Of a stretch of 32,000 nt of DNA, positions 1 to 9,252 are shown one piece after another. Below the pieces are notes generated by a model, which ran no database searches, was not told the DNA's origin, and was given only the letters and a program-made list of their open reading frames with translations. Position numbers and translations under genes: made by a program. The stretch comes from Erysipelotrichaceae bacterium. Its GTDB lineage: Bacteria; Bacillota_I; Bacilli_A; Erysipelotrichales; Erysipelotrichaceae. The DNA is taken from NCBI GenBank assembly GCA_963663995.1, contig OY760660.1:720001-752000 (forward strand). Reading direction: 5' to 3'. The stretch's first letter is position 1. Every line of letters starts with the position of its first letter.

Positions 1-210
1 AACAGATTTTATCGCATCTAAAATTTGATTGGTATGTTCAGCTTTTAATCGCGGCTTATCACCTAAATACAAACGAATTAAATTATAGTCTTTTTGATTT
101 TGATGAGATAACCATACTTCATCTTGGAGATGAGATACTTCAACCCGTTGATAACCATAGTCATTGATTAAAATCGATGCACATAGTCTAAGCGACTTCA
201 CTAGATTCAT
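1..210 (-). CDS. Hypothetical protein, N-terminal 70 codons only (runs off the window); possibly a YqgP/GluP-like N-terminal domain
   Basis: My own minus-strand translation from the ATG at 210..208 gives MNLVKSLRLCASILINDYGYQRVEVSHLQDEVWLSHQNQKDYNLIRLYLGDKPRLKAEHTNQILDAIKSV, open through position 1. The start shares 1 nt (position 210) with the rluD stop (TAATG-type junction). The GY...DE(V/I)WL...L(I/V)RLY pattern recalls the N-terminus of B. subtilis YqgP, from memory only. Confidence 0.45.
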   Translation of the reverse strand, partial: MNLVKSLRLCASILINDYGYQRVEVSHLQDEVWLSHQNQKDYNLIRLYLGDKPRLKAEHTNQILDAIKSV

Positions 211-1127
211 TATTGAATCTCCCGTTTTAAACGTTCAACAGTGTCTGAAAAAACCGCTGGCTCAGCCGCTTCAAATTCCATTTTCTGATGCGTAATTGGA
301 TGAGTAAACTCAATTTTTTTCGCATGTAACATTTGACCTTGAGTGTCCAGAGTACTTTGTTTTGTATACTTATCGTCACCCACTAATGGATGACCAATAT
401 AGGCAAAATGCACACGAATTTGATGGGTGCGTCCTGTTTCTAAGCGACATTCCACTAAAGTTGTATCTTTAAATCGTTCAAGAACTTTAAAATGAGTCAA
501 AGCTTCTTTAGCGTTAATTGGCGTAACTGTCATACGTTGACGATCTTTAGGATCACGTCCAATCGGTGCTTCTATCTTTCCGGCATTATGATTAATAATG
601 CCATGGACTAAAGCGATATAGGTACGATTTAAGCTGTGATCTTGAAGTTGATCACTTAAACCTTGATGAGTTTTATCATTTTTCGCTACAACTAAACATC
701 CACTGGTATCTTTATCGATACGATGGACAATACCAGGTCTTAGCACACCATTGATGCCTGATAAATCAGTACAATGAGCCATTAAACCATTCACTAAGGT
801 ATGGTTGGGATTACCAGCCCCTGGGTGTACGACTAAACCTTTTGGTTTATTAACAACTAATAGATCATGATCTTCATAAAGAATATCTAAATCCATTTCT
901 TCAGCTTCTACTTCAAGTTCACTTGGTTCATCAAAATCGATGCTTATCCAATCACCACTTTTAACTTTTGTATTCGCTTTTACTTCATTATCATTAAGTA
1001 AAACTTCACCATTCGCAATCGCTTTTTGTAGGAGTGAACGCGAAAAATCTGGTAAAAGTTCGGTGAGTACTTTATCCAGTCTTTGCATATTGTGCGCTGC
1101 TTCTACTAAGAATTCTTTTTCGCTCAT
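210..1127 (-). CDS. rluD: RluA-family 23S rRNA pseudouridine synthase (RluD-like) with an N-terminal S4 domain
   Basis: 305 aa. Catalytic motif HRIDKDTSGCLVVAKN; RTYIALVHG and GRTHQIRVH motifs; S4-like N-terminus. Conserved lspA-rluD gene order. Confidence 0.9.
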   Translation of the reverse strand: MSEKEFLVEAAHNMQRLDKVLTELLPDFSRSLLQKAIANGEVLLNDNEVKANTKVKSGDWISIDFDEPSELEVEAEEMDLDILYEDHDLLVVNKPKGLVVHPGAGNPNHTLVNGLMAHCTDLSGINGVLRPGIVHRIDKDTSGCLVVAKNDKTHQGLSDQLQDHSLNRTYIALVHGIINHNAGKIEAPIGRDPKDRQRMTVTPINAKEALTHFKVLERFKDTTLVECRLETGRTHQIRVHFAYIGHPLVGDDKYTKQSTLDTQGQMLHAKKIEFTHPITHQKMEFEAAEPAVFSDTVERLKREIQ

Positions 1128-1594
1128 TTTTTACCTTCCAATAATGTATCTATGATTAATAATCCTACCCCAAAATTTAAACTAATATCGGCAATATTAA
1201 AAACTGGAAACATATAGCCAAATGTATTAAAGGATAGAAAATCTCGGACATAACCTAATTGTAAACGATCAAAATAATTACCTAATGTCCCTGCCATAAG
1301 CAAGATAATCGCGATTCGAAAGAGTCTTTGATGATCTTTAGAAGTGACATAGAAATAACACATCGCAATAAAGGCAGCGGGTGGAATGATCATAAATAAC
1401 CAATCATTACCGGAAAACATTGACCATGCTCCGCCAGTATTTCTAAGGATATGAATCCAGAAGAAGTTCTCAATCACTTCATAGGAATTTCGATAACCTA
1501 ACCAATTCTCAGTCACAAATTTTGTGATATGGTCGAAATAGAGAATTAAAGCTAAGAGAGCTAGATCAAGCCCATATTTCTTAACTAAATTCAT
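1124..1594 (-). CDS. lspA: Lipoprotein signal peptidase II
   Basis: 156 aa polytopic membrane protein with NTGGAWSMF and FNIADISL motifs typical of LspA. 4-nt overlap with rluD. Confidence 0.9.
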   Translation of the reverse strand: MNLVKKYGLDLALLALILYFDHITKFVTENWLGYRNSYEVIENFFWIHILRNTGGAWSMFSGNDWLFMIIPPAAFIAMCYFYVTSKDHQRLFRIAIILLMAGTLGNYFDRLQLGYVRDFLSFNTFGYMFPVFNIADISLNFGVGLLIIDTLLEGKK

Positions 1595-2691
1595 TAGCGA
1601 TTAGATTCACTCAATTGATTTAAGATTTCAGCATCTAAACGACGGGCAAACTCAGTGATCAAAGTCACGGTATCAACGTAATCTTTACGATGAATCATTG
1701 CCCGATGTGAATGAATATATCGAGAAGGAATAGAAATCGTTAAAGTGATGACTCCATCATGTGCTTTGTGTATTTCACCTGAATCTGTACCACCGGCTAA
1801 AAGCATATCGTGTTGAACATCAAGCTTTAATTCTTCCGCTAGATCTTCCAACATATTTAATAAACCACGATGACCTAAAACTGATGAATCTTTAACACTT
1901 AAGGTAATTCCTTTACCCATAGGTGAACCCATATCAGCTCCTGGAATATCATTGGCTAAAGTTACATCAATTGCTAAAGCTAGATCAGGATGAATTTTAT
2001 GAGCAGCTGTTTTTGCCCCTCTAAGACCCACTTCTTCTTGAGCACTTCCTACACCATATAATTCACAATTGATTACTTCATCTTTTAAGTTCTTAAAAAC
2101 ATCCGTGATGATTAAAGCGCCAACCCGATTATCCCAAGCTTTTGCCATTAGATAATTTGGATTCGCCATAACAGTAAAGTCTGACTTAGGAACAACCATA
2201 TCACCCGGTTTAATCCCTAAAGATATACATTCATCTTTATTCGCTACACCAACATCAACAAACATGTCCTTAACTTCAATGACTTTATTTCGAACTTCAG
2301 CTGGTAATCCATGGGGAGGTTTTGAACCAACGATACCGGTAATCTTATCCCCTTTACGAGTCGTGATAATGACTGGTTGAGACAATAATACATGGCCCCA
2401 CCATCCACCAATTGGCGCAAGTTTAATAAAACCTTTATCATCAATTGAACGAACAACAAAACCAATTTCATCGATGTGTCCTGACAACATCAACTTTGGT
2501 CCACCTTTGCCTTTCTTATAGGCAATTAATGATCCCAGTTGATCATAAGTAATTTCATCTGAAACAGGTTCTATATATGACTTCATAACGCGGCTTGCTT
2601 CTTTTTCACAGCCAGATATACCATGGGCTGATGTAAAAGCTTCCATCATTTCTAAGTCAATTTGGCCATAAGCCTTTTCAATTTCTTTCAT
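1594..2691 (-). CDS. M42-family metallopeptidase (glutamyl aminopeptidase/PepA-like)
   Basis: 365 aa. GHIDEIGF, AWDNRVG, SAQEEVGLRGA and IPSRYIHS motifs characteristic of the M42 family. 1-nt stop/start overlap with lspA. Confidence 0.85.
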   Translation of the reverse strand: MKEIEKAYGQIDLEMMEAFTSAHGISGCEKEASRVMKSYIEPVSDEITYDQLGSLIAYKKGKGGPKLMLSGHIDEIGFVVRSIDDKGFIKLAPIGGWWGHVLLSQPVIITTRKGDKITGIVGSKPPHGLPAEVRNKVIEVKDMFVDVGVANKDECISLGIKPGDMVVPKSDFTVMANPNYLMAKAWDNRVGALIITDVFKNLKDEVINCELYGVGSAQEEVGLRGAKTAAHKIHPDLALAIDVTLANDIPGADMGSPMGKGITLSVKDSSVLGHRGLLNMLEDLAEELKLDVQHDMLLAGGTDSGEIHKAHDGVITLTISIPSRYIHSHRAMIHRKDYVDTVTLITEFARRLDAEILNQLSESNR

Positions 2692-2702
2692 AAATCTCCT
2701 TC

Positions 2703-3194
2703 TTAATACGATTCATCTTGTCGTTTATGATTTTTTTCATTTTTAAAAAAGTACGCATCCACAATATCTCTTGAACTAAAACCTAAAGCAATCCCAACTT
2801 GACCAAAACGATTAAAGGCACGCTCTAAGTTATGTTCATTAAAATTCTCACCAAGTTCAATGACTGACTTGTTGAAAGCTAAGAAAAGTTCAGTAACTGA
2901 AAGATTTGACTTTGATACAGACAAAGTTAGTTGTTCATAGTTTAAATCCAGTGACAGGGATAATAAGAAATGAAGTGAATCTACATATTCTTCTAATAAA
3001 ACTTCTTTTGGTGAAGCTTCTTTTAAACTCCAATATTTGAAAGATCTCGTTTCATTCGCAAGTTCTGCAATCTCAACCAAAAGTGCCAACACTCTTTTGC
3101 GTTGGGTACTTTCCCGAGTTTGATTATGCATCACTAAAATGCGTTCATCTAGCTCAGCTTGTTTAACTAAACAATTGGTTAAGTTTATATTCAT
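2703..3194 (-). CDS. Dimeric (all-alpha) dUTPase-like protein (dUTPase_2 family)
   Basis: 163 aa. LALLVEIAELANETRSFKYWS and LEEYVDSLHFLLSL motifs resemble dimeric dUTP diphosphatases of Firmicutes and phages. Start overlaps the ABC gene stop by 4 nt. Confidence 0.6.
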   Translation of the reverse strand: MNINLTNCLVKQAELDERILVMHNQTRESTQRKRVLALLVEIAELANETRSFKYWSLKEASPKEVLLEEYVDSLHFLLSLSLDLNYEQLTLSVSKSNLSVTELFLAFNKSVIELGENFNEHNLERAFNRFGQVGIALGFSSRDIVDAYFFKNEKNHKRQDESY

Positions 3195-5038
3195 GAAATC
3201 CTTTCCAAATGGAGGAGTGCATCTTGTTTCTCTTGGTTAAATTGATGCGTATACAAACGATGATAATAGCCTTTTAAAGCCATCAATTCATCATGATTTC
3301 CATCTTCTACAATTTTACCGTGTTTTAGGACTAAAATACGATCCGATTGAACAATCGTACTTAAACGATGGGCGACCACAAACGAGGTACGACCTTTAAG
3401 CATTAAACCAATCGCATCTTGAATCGCAGCCTCTGTCTCAGTATCAATCGACGATGTTGCTTCATCTAAGATAAATAAAGCAGGTTTCGCTAAAATAGCA
3501 CGGGCAAATGAAATCAATTGCTTTTGACCGGTTGAGAGTTTTGAACCCCCTTCACCTACATCAGACGCATAGCCATTTTCTAAGTGAATGATAAAATCAT
3601 GCGCTTTAACTTGCTTTGCAGCGGCGATAACTTCTTCATCACTCGCATCTAGTTTACCATAGCGAATATTTTCCATCACTGTTCCTGAGAATAAATGTGG
3701 GCTTTGTAAAACATATCCTAAGTTTGAATGTAACCATGAAATTGAACGGTCACGATAATCTTTTCCATCAATTAAGATTTCACCTGATATAGGTTCATAG
3801 AAACGACAGAGTAAATTAACTAAACTACTCTTACCACTACCCGTTTCACCAACTAAAGCCACTGACATTCCTGCTTGTACTTTTAAATTAAAGTCAGAAA
3901 AAATGCTTTCTTCTTCTTTATAGTAGAAATGAATATCTTTAAACTCAATATCCCCATGAATCGCTTCATAGTTTATGTCATTAGGCTCAAGAATATCACC
4001 ATAAGATTTAATCACGTCATCGCGATCGACTAAAGTGACCGGTTCTTCAATCAATGAAAGAACACGCTCTGCACTCGCTTGTGCCATTTGAAATTCAGCT
4101 AAGAGTCGAGCAATTTGACGTAATGGTTCAAAGAATTGACCGGCATAGGAAGAAAAGAGCACTAAGGTTCCAAATTCAATGGATCCCAACATGACAGCTT
4201 CGCCACCTTTCCATAACAATAAACTACTACTCAAAGCTCCTAAACCCATTACAATCGGCATAAATAAAGCTGATAAAACAGCTGCGCGAATCGATTCAAA
4301 ACGCATAGATGAAGTCAACTGCGTGAATTCATCATGTTGAACATCTTCCATAACTAAAGTCTTAGCCGTTTTCGCACCAGTAATGCCTTCTGAAAAAGCA
4401 CCGGTAATCTTCGAATTGATTTTACGTGTTTCACGGTATTTTTCTAAGATTTTACGTTGGAAATAAACGGAGATAAAAGCGAGGATTGGGACTGTAAACA
4501 AAACAAGGAGTGCGAGTTGCCAATTCACAATCAACATGACAACGGCAATCCCAATGATTAAAGCTGCTCCCCAGAATAAATCAATGAGTGACCAAGAAAT
4601 GATTTCAGCTAAACGACCAATGTCTGAAGTCATTCGTGCCATAATCCATCCTTGTGGTGTTTTATCATAATATGCAAAAGGTAAACGTTGAAGTTTTTCA
4701 AAACCACGCTTACGAACGGTATAAGCGAAATCCATTTCAACGCGACCAGCTAAGTAAATAAAAATCCAGACTACAAAGGATGCGACGATCACAAAAAAGA
4801 AATAAATAAGTCCAAACATCCATAAGTCATTTAAGTCACCCGCATGACTAACATATTTATCAATCGCATACTTATGTAAGAGTGGAAAGACGATATCAGT
4901 AATCGCTAAAATAATGACCCAGCCAAATAAGGCGAAAAGTCTGAGTTTTTGTTCCCAGATAAGGGCAAAAATACGCTTCCAAAGCGAGGTATCTAAAGTA
5001 TCGGTATTGTAGGTTTTTTCTTCGAATTTTACACTCAT
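3191..5038 (-). CDS. ABC exporter, fused permease/ATPase subunit (consensus Walker B, degenerate signature)
   Basis: 615 aa with an N-terminal 6-TM domain. Walker A GETGSGKSS, signature LSTGQKQL (not LSGGQ), Walker B LFILDEATSSID, H-loop VVAHR. Confidence 0.9.
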   Translation of the reverse strand: MSVKFEEKTYNTDTLDTSLWKRIFALIWEQKLRLFALFGWVIILAITDIVFPLLHKYAIDKYVSHAGDLNDLWMFGLIYFFFVIVASFVVWIFIYLAGRVEMDFAYTVRKRGFEKLQRLPFAYYDKTPQGWIMARMTSDIGRLAEIISWSLIDLFWGAALIIGIAVVMLIVNWQLALLVLFTVPILAFISVYFQRKILEKYRETRKINSKITGAFSEGITGAKTAKTLVMEDVQHDEFTQLTSSMRFESIRAAVLSALFMPIVMGLGALSSSLLLWKGGEAVMLGSIEFGTLVLFSSYAGQFFEPLRQIARLLAEFQMAQASAERVLSLIEEPVTLVDRDDVIKSYGDILEPNDINYEAIHGDIEFKDIHFYYKEEESIFSDFNLKVQAGMSVALVGETGSGKSSLVNLLCRFYEPISGEILIDGKDYRDRSISWLHSNLGYVLQSPHLFSGTVMENIRYGKLDASDEEVIAAAKQVKAHDFIIHLENGYASDVGEGGSKLSTGQKQLISFARAILAKPALFILDEATSSIDTETEAAIQDAIGLMLKGRTSFVVAHRLSTIVQSDRILVLKHGKIVEDGNHDELMALKGYYHRLYTHQFNQEKQDALLHLERIS

Positions 5039-6822
5039 ACTGCTTCTCCCACAATGGCATCTTGAATGGCCACAATCCGTTTATATAAACCTTCTTGACT
5101 TGAAAGTTCACTATGTGTGCCACGTTGTGTGATTAAACCATCTTCTAAAACTAAAATCATATCGGCTTCCATCGCGGTATTAACACGATGGGTAATAATT
5201 AAGGTTGTGACATCTTTGGACAACTGTTTTAAACCAGAACGAATTGCTGCATCTGTTTCCGTATCAACCGCACTTAAAGAATCATCAAAAATAAGGATTG
5301 GTGAATTATTCACAATCGTACGGGCAATCGCGATCCGTTGTTTTTGACCACCAGATAAAGTTACCCCTTTTTCACCGACTAAAGTTTCATAGCCTTGATC
5401 AAAATCAGAAATAACATTATGAACAGAAGCAATTTGAGCAGCTTTCATGACTGCCGTTTCATCAGCCGTTGGTGATGCGATTTTAATATTCTCTAAAATC
5501 GTCTTAGAGAAAAGATAGGGTTCTTGTAAAACAATCCCTATATTTTTACGTAAGTGATGTTTAGAAACGGATTGGATATTATGTCCATTAATCACAATTT
5601 CTCCATCACTGACTTCATAGAGTCTTAACATCAAATGGACTAATGAACTCTTACCTGAACCTGTTGGTCCAATTATCGCGACTGTTTGTCCTTTATTCAC
5701 TTTAAAACTTATATCTTTTAAAACATCATTTGATCCATCATCAAATCTAAAACGAACATGATTAAATTCAATGGTTCCCCTTAAGTCAGCTTCAGATCCA
5801 GCATATAAATCTTCCTGTGGCGTTTCTAAAATTTCATTTAAACGTTTTAAGGAAACGAGCATCTTACCAAAATCAGATAGAATACGGCCAATGTGTCGAA
5901 TTGGCCACAAGATCATCGTTTCATAAGAAACAAAAACGGTAAATTCACCTAAGCTAATATTCCCAGCTTGAGCTTCAAGAATTCCAAAGATAACCACTGC
6001 GAAGATTTGACTTAAGATGATTAAATCACTACCGCCCCAGTAGTAAGCTAAGTATTCAATGAGTTTAAAAGTAATATCACGATAGCTTTGATTAGATTTA
6101 TCATACTTATCAACTTCAAAAACTTCACGGTTAAAGGCTTTAACTACTCTTACTCCTGAAATATTTTCTTGAAGAATCGTTGATAATTCACCTTCAGCTT
6201 CATCACTCTTTAAAAACTCTTTTTGAATCTTTCTAAAGAAAAGATAGGCAAGAAGGAAAATAATCGGCATCGATGCTATCGCAATCCACGCTAACTTTAC
6301 ATAAATACTAAATAAAACCGTTAAGGCAATGATTGCGGTCGCAATGGAATAAACCAGTTCTGAATACTGAGCCGACAGAAAACGACGAATCGTATCAACA
6401 TCTGAGGTGACTCGTTGAATCAAATCACCGGTCTTGGAATTAACATGTGTATGATAAGACCAATGTTGAATATGGGAGAATAAATCATTTCTGATCTTTT
6501 CAGCAAATCTCTCGGCAATAATACCGTTAAAGCGACCTCTAAAATACATTAAGATAATGCGCATAAAAGTCACTAACATAATCATTAGTGCACCAAGATA
6601 TAATTTCTCTCTTATATTTCCAACCCCACCAAAAACATCCGCATAAGTCGCAATCAATGTATTTTGGATTGGTAAGCCATTAATGACAGAGTCAATAATG
6701 AAACTTAAGAGTAAGGGGGTAAAAAGGACAAAAAACACCAAAACAACAGTGGTGAGAGTTAAGATTAAACTTAAAAAACGGTAGCCTTTTAAATAAGACC
6801 ACAAAACTTGTAATTCTTTCAC
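5035..6822 (-). CDS. ABC exporter, fused permease/ATPase subunit (non-catalytic Walker B, consensus signature)
   Basis: 595 aa with a GTG start. Walker A GPTGSGKSS, signature LSGGQKQR, Walker B ILIFDDSLSAVD (Asp replaces the catalytic Glu), H-loop IITHR. 4-nt overlap with the partner subunit. Confidence 0.9.
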   Translation of the reverse strand: MKELQVLWSYLKGYRFLSLILTLTTVVLVFFVLFTPLLLSFIIDSVINGLPIQNTLIATYADVFGGVGNIREKLYLGALMIMLVTFMRIILMYFRGRFNGIIAERFAEKIRNDLFSHIQHWSYHTHVNSKTGDLIQRVTSDVDTIRRFLSAQYSELVYSIATAIIALTVLFSIYVKLAWIAIASMPIIFLLAYLFFRKIQKEFLKSDEAEGELSTILQENISGVRVVKAFNREVFEVDKYDKSNQSYRDITFKLIEYLAYYWGGSDLIILSQIFAVVIFGILEAQAGNISLGEFTVFVSYETMILWPIRHIGRILSDFGKMLVSLKRLNEILETPQEDLYAGSEADLRGTIEFNHVRFRFDDGSNDVLKDISFKVNKGQTVAIIGPTGSGKSSLVHLMLRLYEVSDGEIVINGHNIQSVSKHHLRKNIGIVLQEPYLFSKTILENIKIASPTADETAVMKAAQIASVHNVISDFDQGYETLVGEKGVTLSGGQKQRIAIARTIVNNSPILIFDDSLSAVDTETDAAIRSGLKQLSKDVTTLIITHRVNTAMEADMILVLEDGLITQRGTHSELSSQEGLYKRIVAIQDAIVGEAV

Positions 6823-6871
6823 GAAAATTATTATACTCCTTGTGCGTCAAATGCTTAATGAAAAAGCTTGC

Positions 6872-7369
6872 CTAAATTCGTAGACGCTTTAAAATTTCTA
6901 GCGCAAGTAAGCCTGTAAGTAAACCTGTTGGGATACTTGAAAACCAAAGCACAGGCAACCAATATATCATATAAACCGTTTGATTAATCAACATAAGTGC
7001 TAAGATTTGCCCTAAACCATGAAAAGCAGCTGAGCCCATACTAATCCCTATAATCGATAATTTATCTTGTTTGTATAAAATAATGGAAATCGCAGTTGAT
7101 AAAATAACCCCAGTCAGCGACAACCAAAAGCCAGTCCCAAAAATAATACCTTTTAAAAGTGAGGCAATTAAAACACGCATTAAATTTAAAATAATCATCT
7201 CTTTAACCCCAAAGAGAACTAAAGCAACTAAACCTAAAACATTCGCTAAACCTAATTTAACGCCAGGAACAGGTATTGGTAAAGATGGCTCAATCATATG
7301 CAACATAATACTCATCGCCAAAAGCATCGTTATCAGTGTTAAACGGCGTGTTGAACTAATCTTCTTCAT
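6872..7369 (-). CDS. Gx transporter family protein (heptaprenyl diphosphate synthase component I-like membrane protein)
   Basis: 165 aa, about 5 TM segments, glycine-rich helices. Sits in the typical position directly downstream of a NusG-domain-II protein, with a 4-nt overlap. Confidence 0.7.
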   Translation of the reverse strand: MKKISSTRRLTLITMLLAMSIMLHMIEPSLPIPVPGVKLGLANVLGLVALVLFGVKEMIILNLMRVLIASLLKGIIFGTGFWLSLTGVILSTAISIILYKQDKLSIIGISMGSAAFHGLGQILALMLINQTVYMIYWLPVLWFSSIPTGLLTGLLALEILKRLRI

Positions 7370-7755
7370 GAGATCACCGTATCTTCGTTATTTGGACGAT
7401 TGTTTGTCCCTTCAATTAAAATGACAATATGATTAGGTAAGCAAACAATTGGCACATTCGCATATTCAACCCAACCTTGAATACTACAAAGGTGATATGG
7501 GGATGTTTCTTTCTCAACACGTATTCTGCCATTTGCGACTTCAATAAAAACTTCACCTAAAGTTCCTTGAACAGTATAGGTCGCATCTGAACTCATATCA
7601 ATACGTAAAACTTCTTCATTTCGATAAGATACAACCGCTACTTTTTGACCAGATGTGCTTGCTCGCACAAAAAACTCCATCGACCCATATAAAACTACAG
7701 ATGTGATGAGGATAAAGATCATTAATAATTTGTCGTATCTATTTAATTTTTTCAT
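7366..7755 (-). CDS. NusG domain II-containing protein (DUF1312)
   Basis: 129 aa with an N-terminal signal anchor. C-terminal motif SPYHLCSIQGWV...PIVCLPNHIVILIEG is typical of the family. Confidence 0.75.
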   Translation of the reverse strand: MKKLNRYDKLLMIFILITSVVLYGSMEFFVRASTSGQKVAVVSYRNEEVLRIDMSSDATYTVQGTLGEVFIEVANGRIRVEKETSPYHLCSIQGWVEYANVPIVCLPNHIVILIEGTNNRPNNEDTVIS

Positions 7756-9248
7756 TCGTATTCTTTATAACATAATAAAGCAGAAACAGAATCTTTCCAG
7801 TGTTTTAATGCTTCAGAGCGTTGGGTTGCGCTCATTTTTGGGGTAAAGATTTTCTCAGGACTCCATTTTTCATAGAGTTCTATTTCACTTTTCACCCAAC
7901 CTAAACTTAAGGCTGCCATCATCGCACCACCAAAAGCAGCTGTCTCATGAATTTTGGGACGGATCACATTAAAGTTAGAAATCCCTGATTGAAATTCTAA
8001 TAAGAAATCATATTTAGAGAATTCTCCATCCACGTAAATTTCTTGAACTTTAAGCCCAGAGTCCATTTCCATCAGTTTTATCATATCGCGTGATTGAAAC
8101 GCTAAAGCTTCAACGGATGCGCGAACAATATGAGCAATTGAGGTTGAACGGGTAATCCCAAACATCGCTGCTTTTAAGTCTGAGCGCCAATACGGTGCCC
8201 CCATACCGACAAAAGCTGGCACAAATACAACCCCTTCATCATCTTCTACCGAGCGAGACAAACTTTCAATTTCGCCAGCACTTTCAATCAATCTTAATCC
8301 ATCTCTTAACCAGTGAATCGCTTCACCAGCACTAAAGACGGAACCTTCTAAAGCATAGGTAACTTCCCCACTCTTACGCCAAGCAATGGTAGAAACTAAA
8401 CCTTTTTTTGAATTTATTTTTGTATCACCGGTATTCATCAATAAGAAACAACCAGTCCCATACGTATTTTTAACATCACCTTTATGAATACACATTTGTC
8501 CAAATAAAGAAGCGTGTTGACTGGCAATAATTGAGGCAATTGGTACTTCTGCCCCAAAGACATTTTTATCGGTGTAACCAACAATTTGATTATTATCAAC
8601 AATCTTAGGTAAAACAGACATTGGGATATTCCATATTTCGCATAACTTTGGATCCCACTCACAGGTATCAATGTTCATTAATAAAGTACGTGAAGCATTT
8701 GAAACATCGGTAACATGAACTTTACCAGCCGTTAATTTATAAATGAGCCAGGTGTCGACGGTACCAAATAAGATATCACCACAGTTCGCACCCATTTGAC
8801 ATTCAGAGTGTTCATCTAAAATAAAACGAATCTTGGATGCGCTAAAAATCGCATCAATCATCAAACCCGTTCTCTTCTTCACAAAAGGCACAAAACCTTT
8901 TTTCTTCATATCTTCACAATAAAAAGCAGATTGACGTGATTGCCATACCAAAGCTGGAGCAATAGGTTCATGCGTATTCTTATCCCACATGATGGTTGTT
9001 TCACGTTGATTTACAATCGATATACCCGCTAAATCTTCAACTTTATAATGTGCTTCAGTTAAAACTTCTTGAACGACTTTTTGAACGGATGCAAACATTT
9101 CATTCGCATCTTGATTAACCCAAGCAGGATGTGGGTAATCACAGGCAAGTTTAGTCTGTGCTTTTGCGATAATAGAAAAATTTTCATCGAACAATATCGC
9201 TCGAGAAAAAGATGTTCCTTGTTGAATAACACATATAATCTTTGCCAT
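7752..9248 (-). CDS. FGGY-family glycerol-kinase paralog with degenerate catalytic motifs
   Basis: Start taken at the ATG at 9248 (MAKIICVIQQGT...), preceded by AAGGAG; the track start at 9296 would run into the arginase gene. Strong GlpK backbone: NQRETT, VWQSRQ, NASRT, NTYGTGCF, ALEGS, VPAFVGMGAPYW, FGITR. Key motifs are altered: DQGTTSSR to QQGTSFSR, DPYFSGTK to DAIFSASK, GDQQ to SQHA, DGGAV to DGEFS. Confidence 0.8.
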   Translation of the reverse strand: MAKIICVIQQGTSFSRAILFDENFSIIAKAQTKLACDYPHPAWVNQDANEMFASVQKVVQEVLTEAHYKVEDLAGISIVNQRETTIMWDKNTHEPIAPALVWQSRQSAFYCEDMKKKGFVPFVKKRTGLMIDAIFSASKIRFILDEHSECQMGANCGDILFGTVDTWLIYKLTAGKVHVTDVSNASRTLLMNIDTCEWDPKLCEIWNIPMSVLPKIVDNNQIVGYTDKNVFGAEVPIASIIASQHASLFGQMCIHKGDVKNTYGTGCFLLMNTGDTKINSKKGLVSTIAWRKSGEVTYALEGSVFSAGEAIHWLRDGLRLIESAGEIESLSRSVEDDEGVVFVPAFVGMGAPYWRSDLKAAMFGITRSTSIAHIVRASVEALAFQSRDMIKLMEMDSGLKVQEIYVDGEFSKYDFLLEFQSGISNFNVIRPKIHETAAFGGAMMAALSLGWVKSEIELYEKWSPEKIFTPKMSATQRSEALKHWKDSVSALLCYKEYE

Positions 9249-9252
9249 AAAC

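Noticed and set aside
6823-6871. Promoter-like TTGACG and TATAAT upstream of the ABC exporter
   Set aside because: The two hexamers are only 9 nt apart, so they cannot act together. AAGGAG between them is more likely the RBS, at a long 13-nt spacing to the GTG start. No promoter is claimed.
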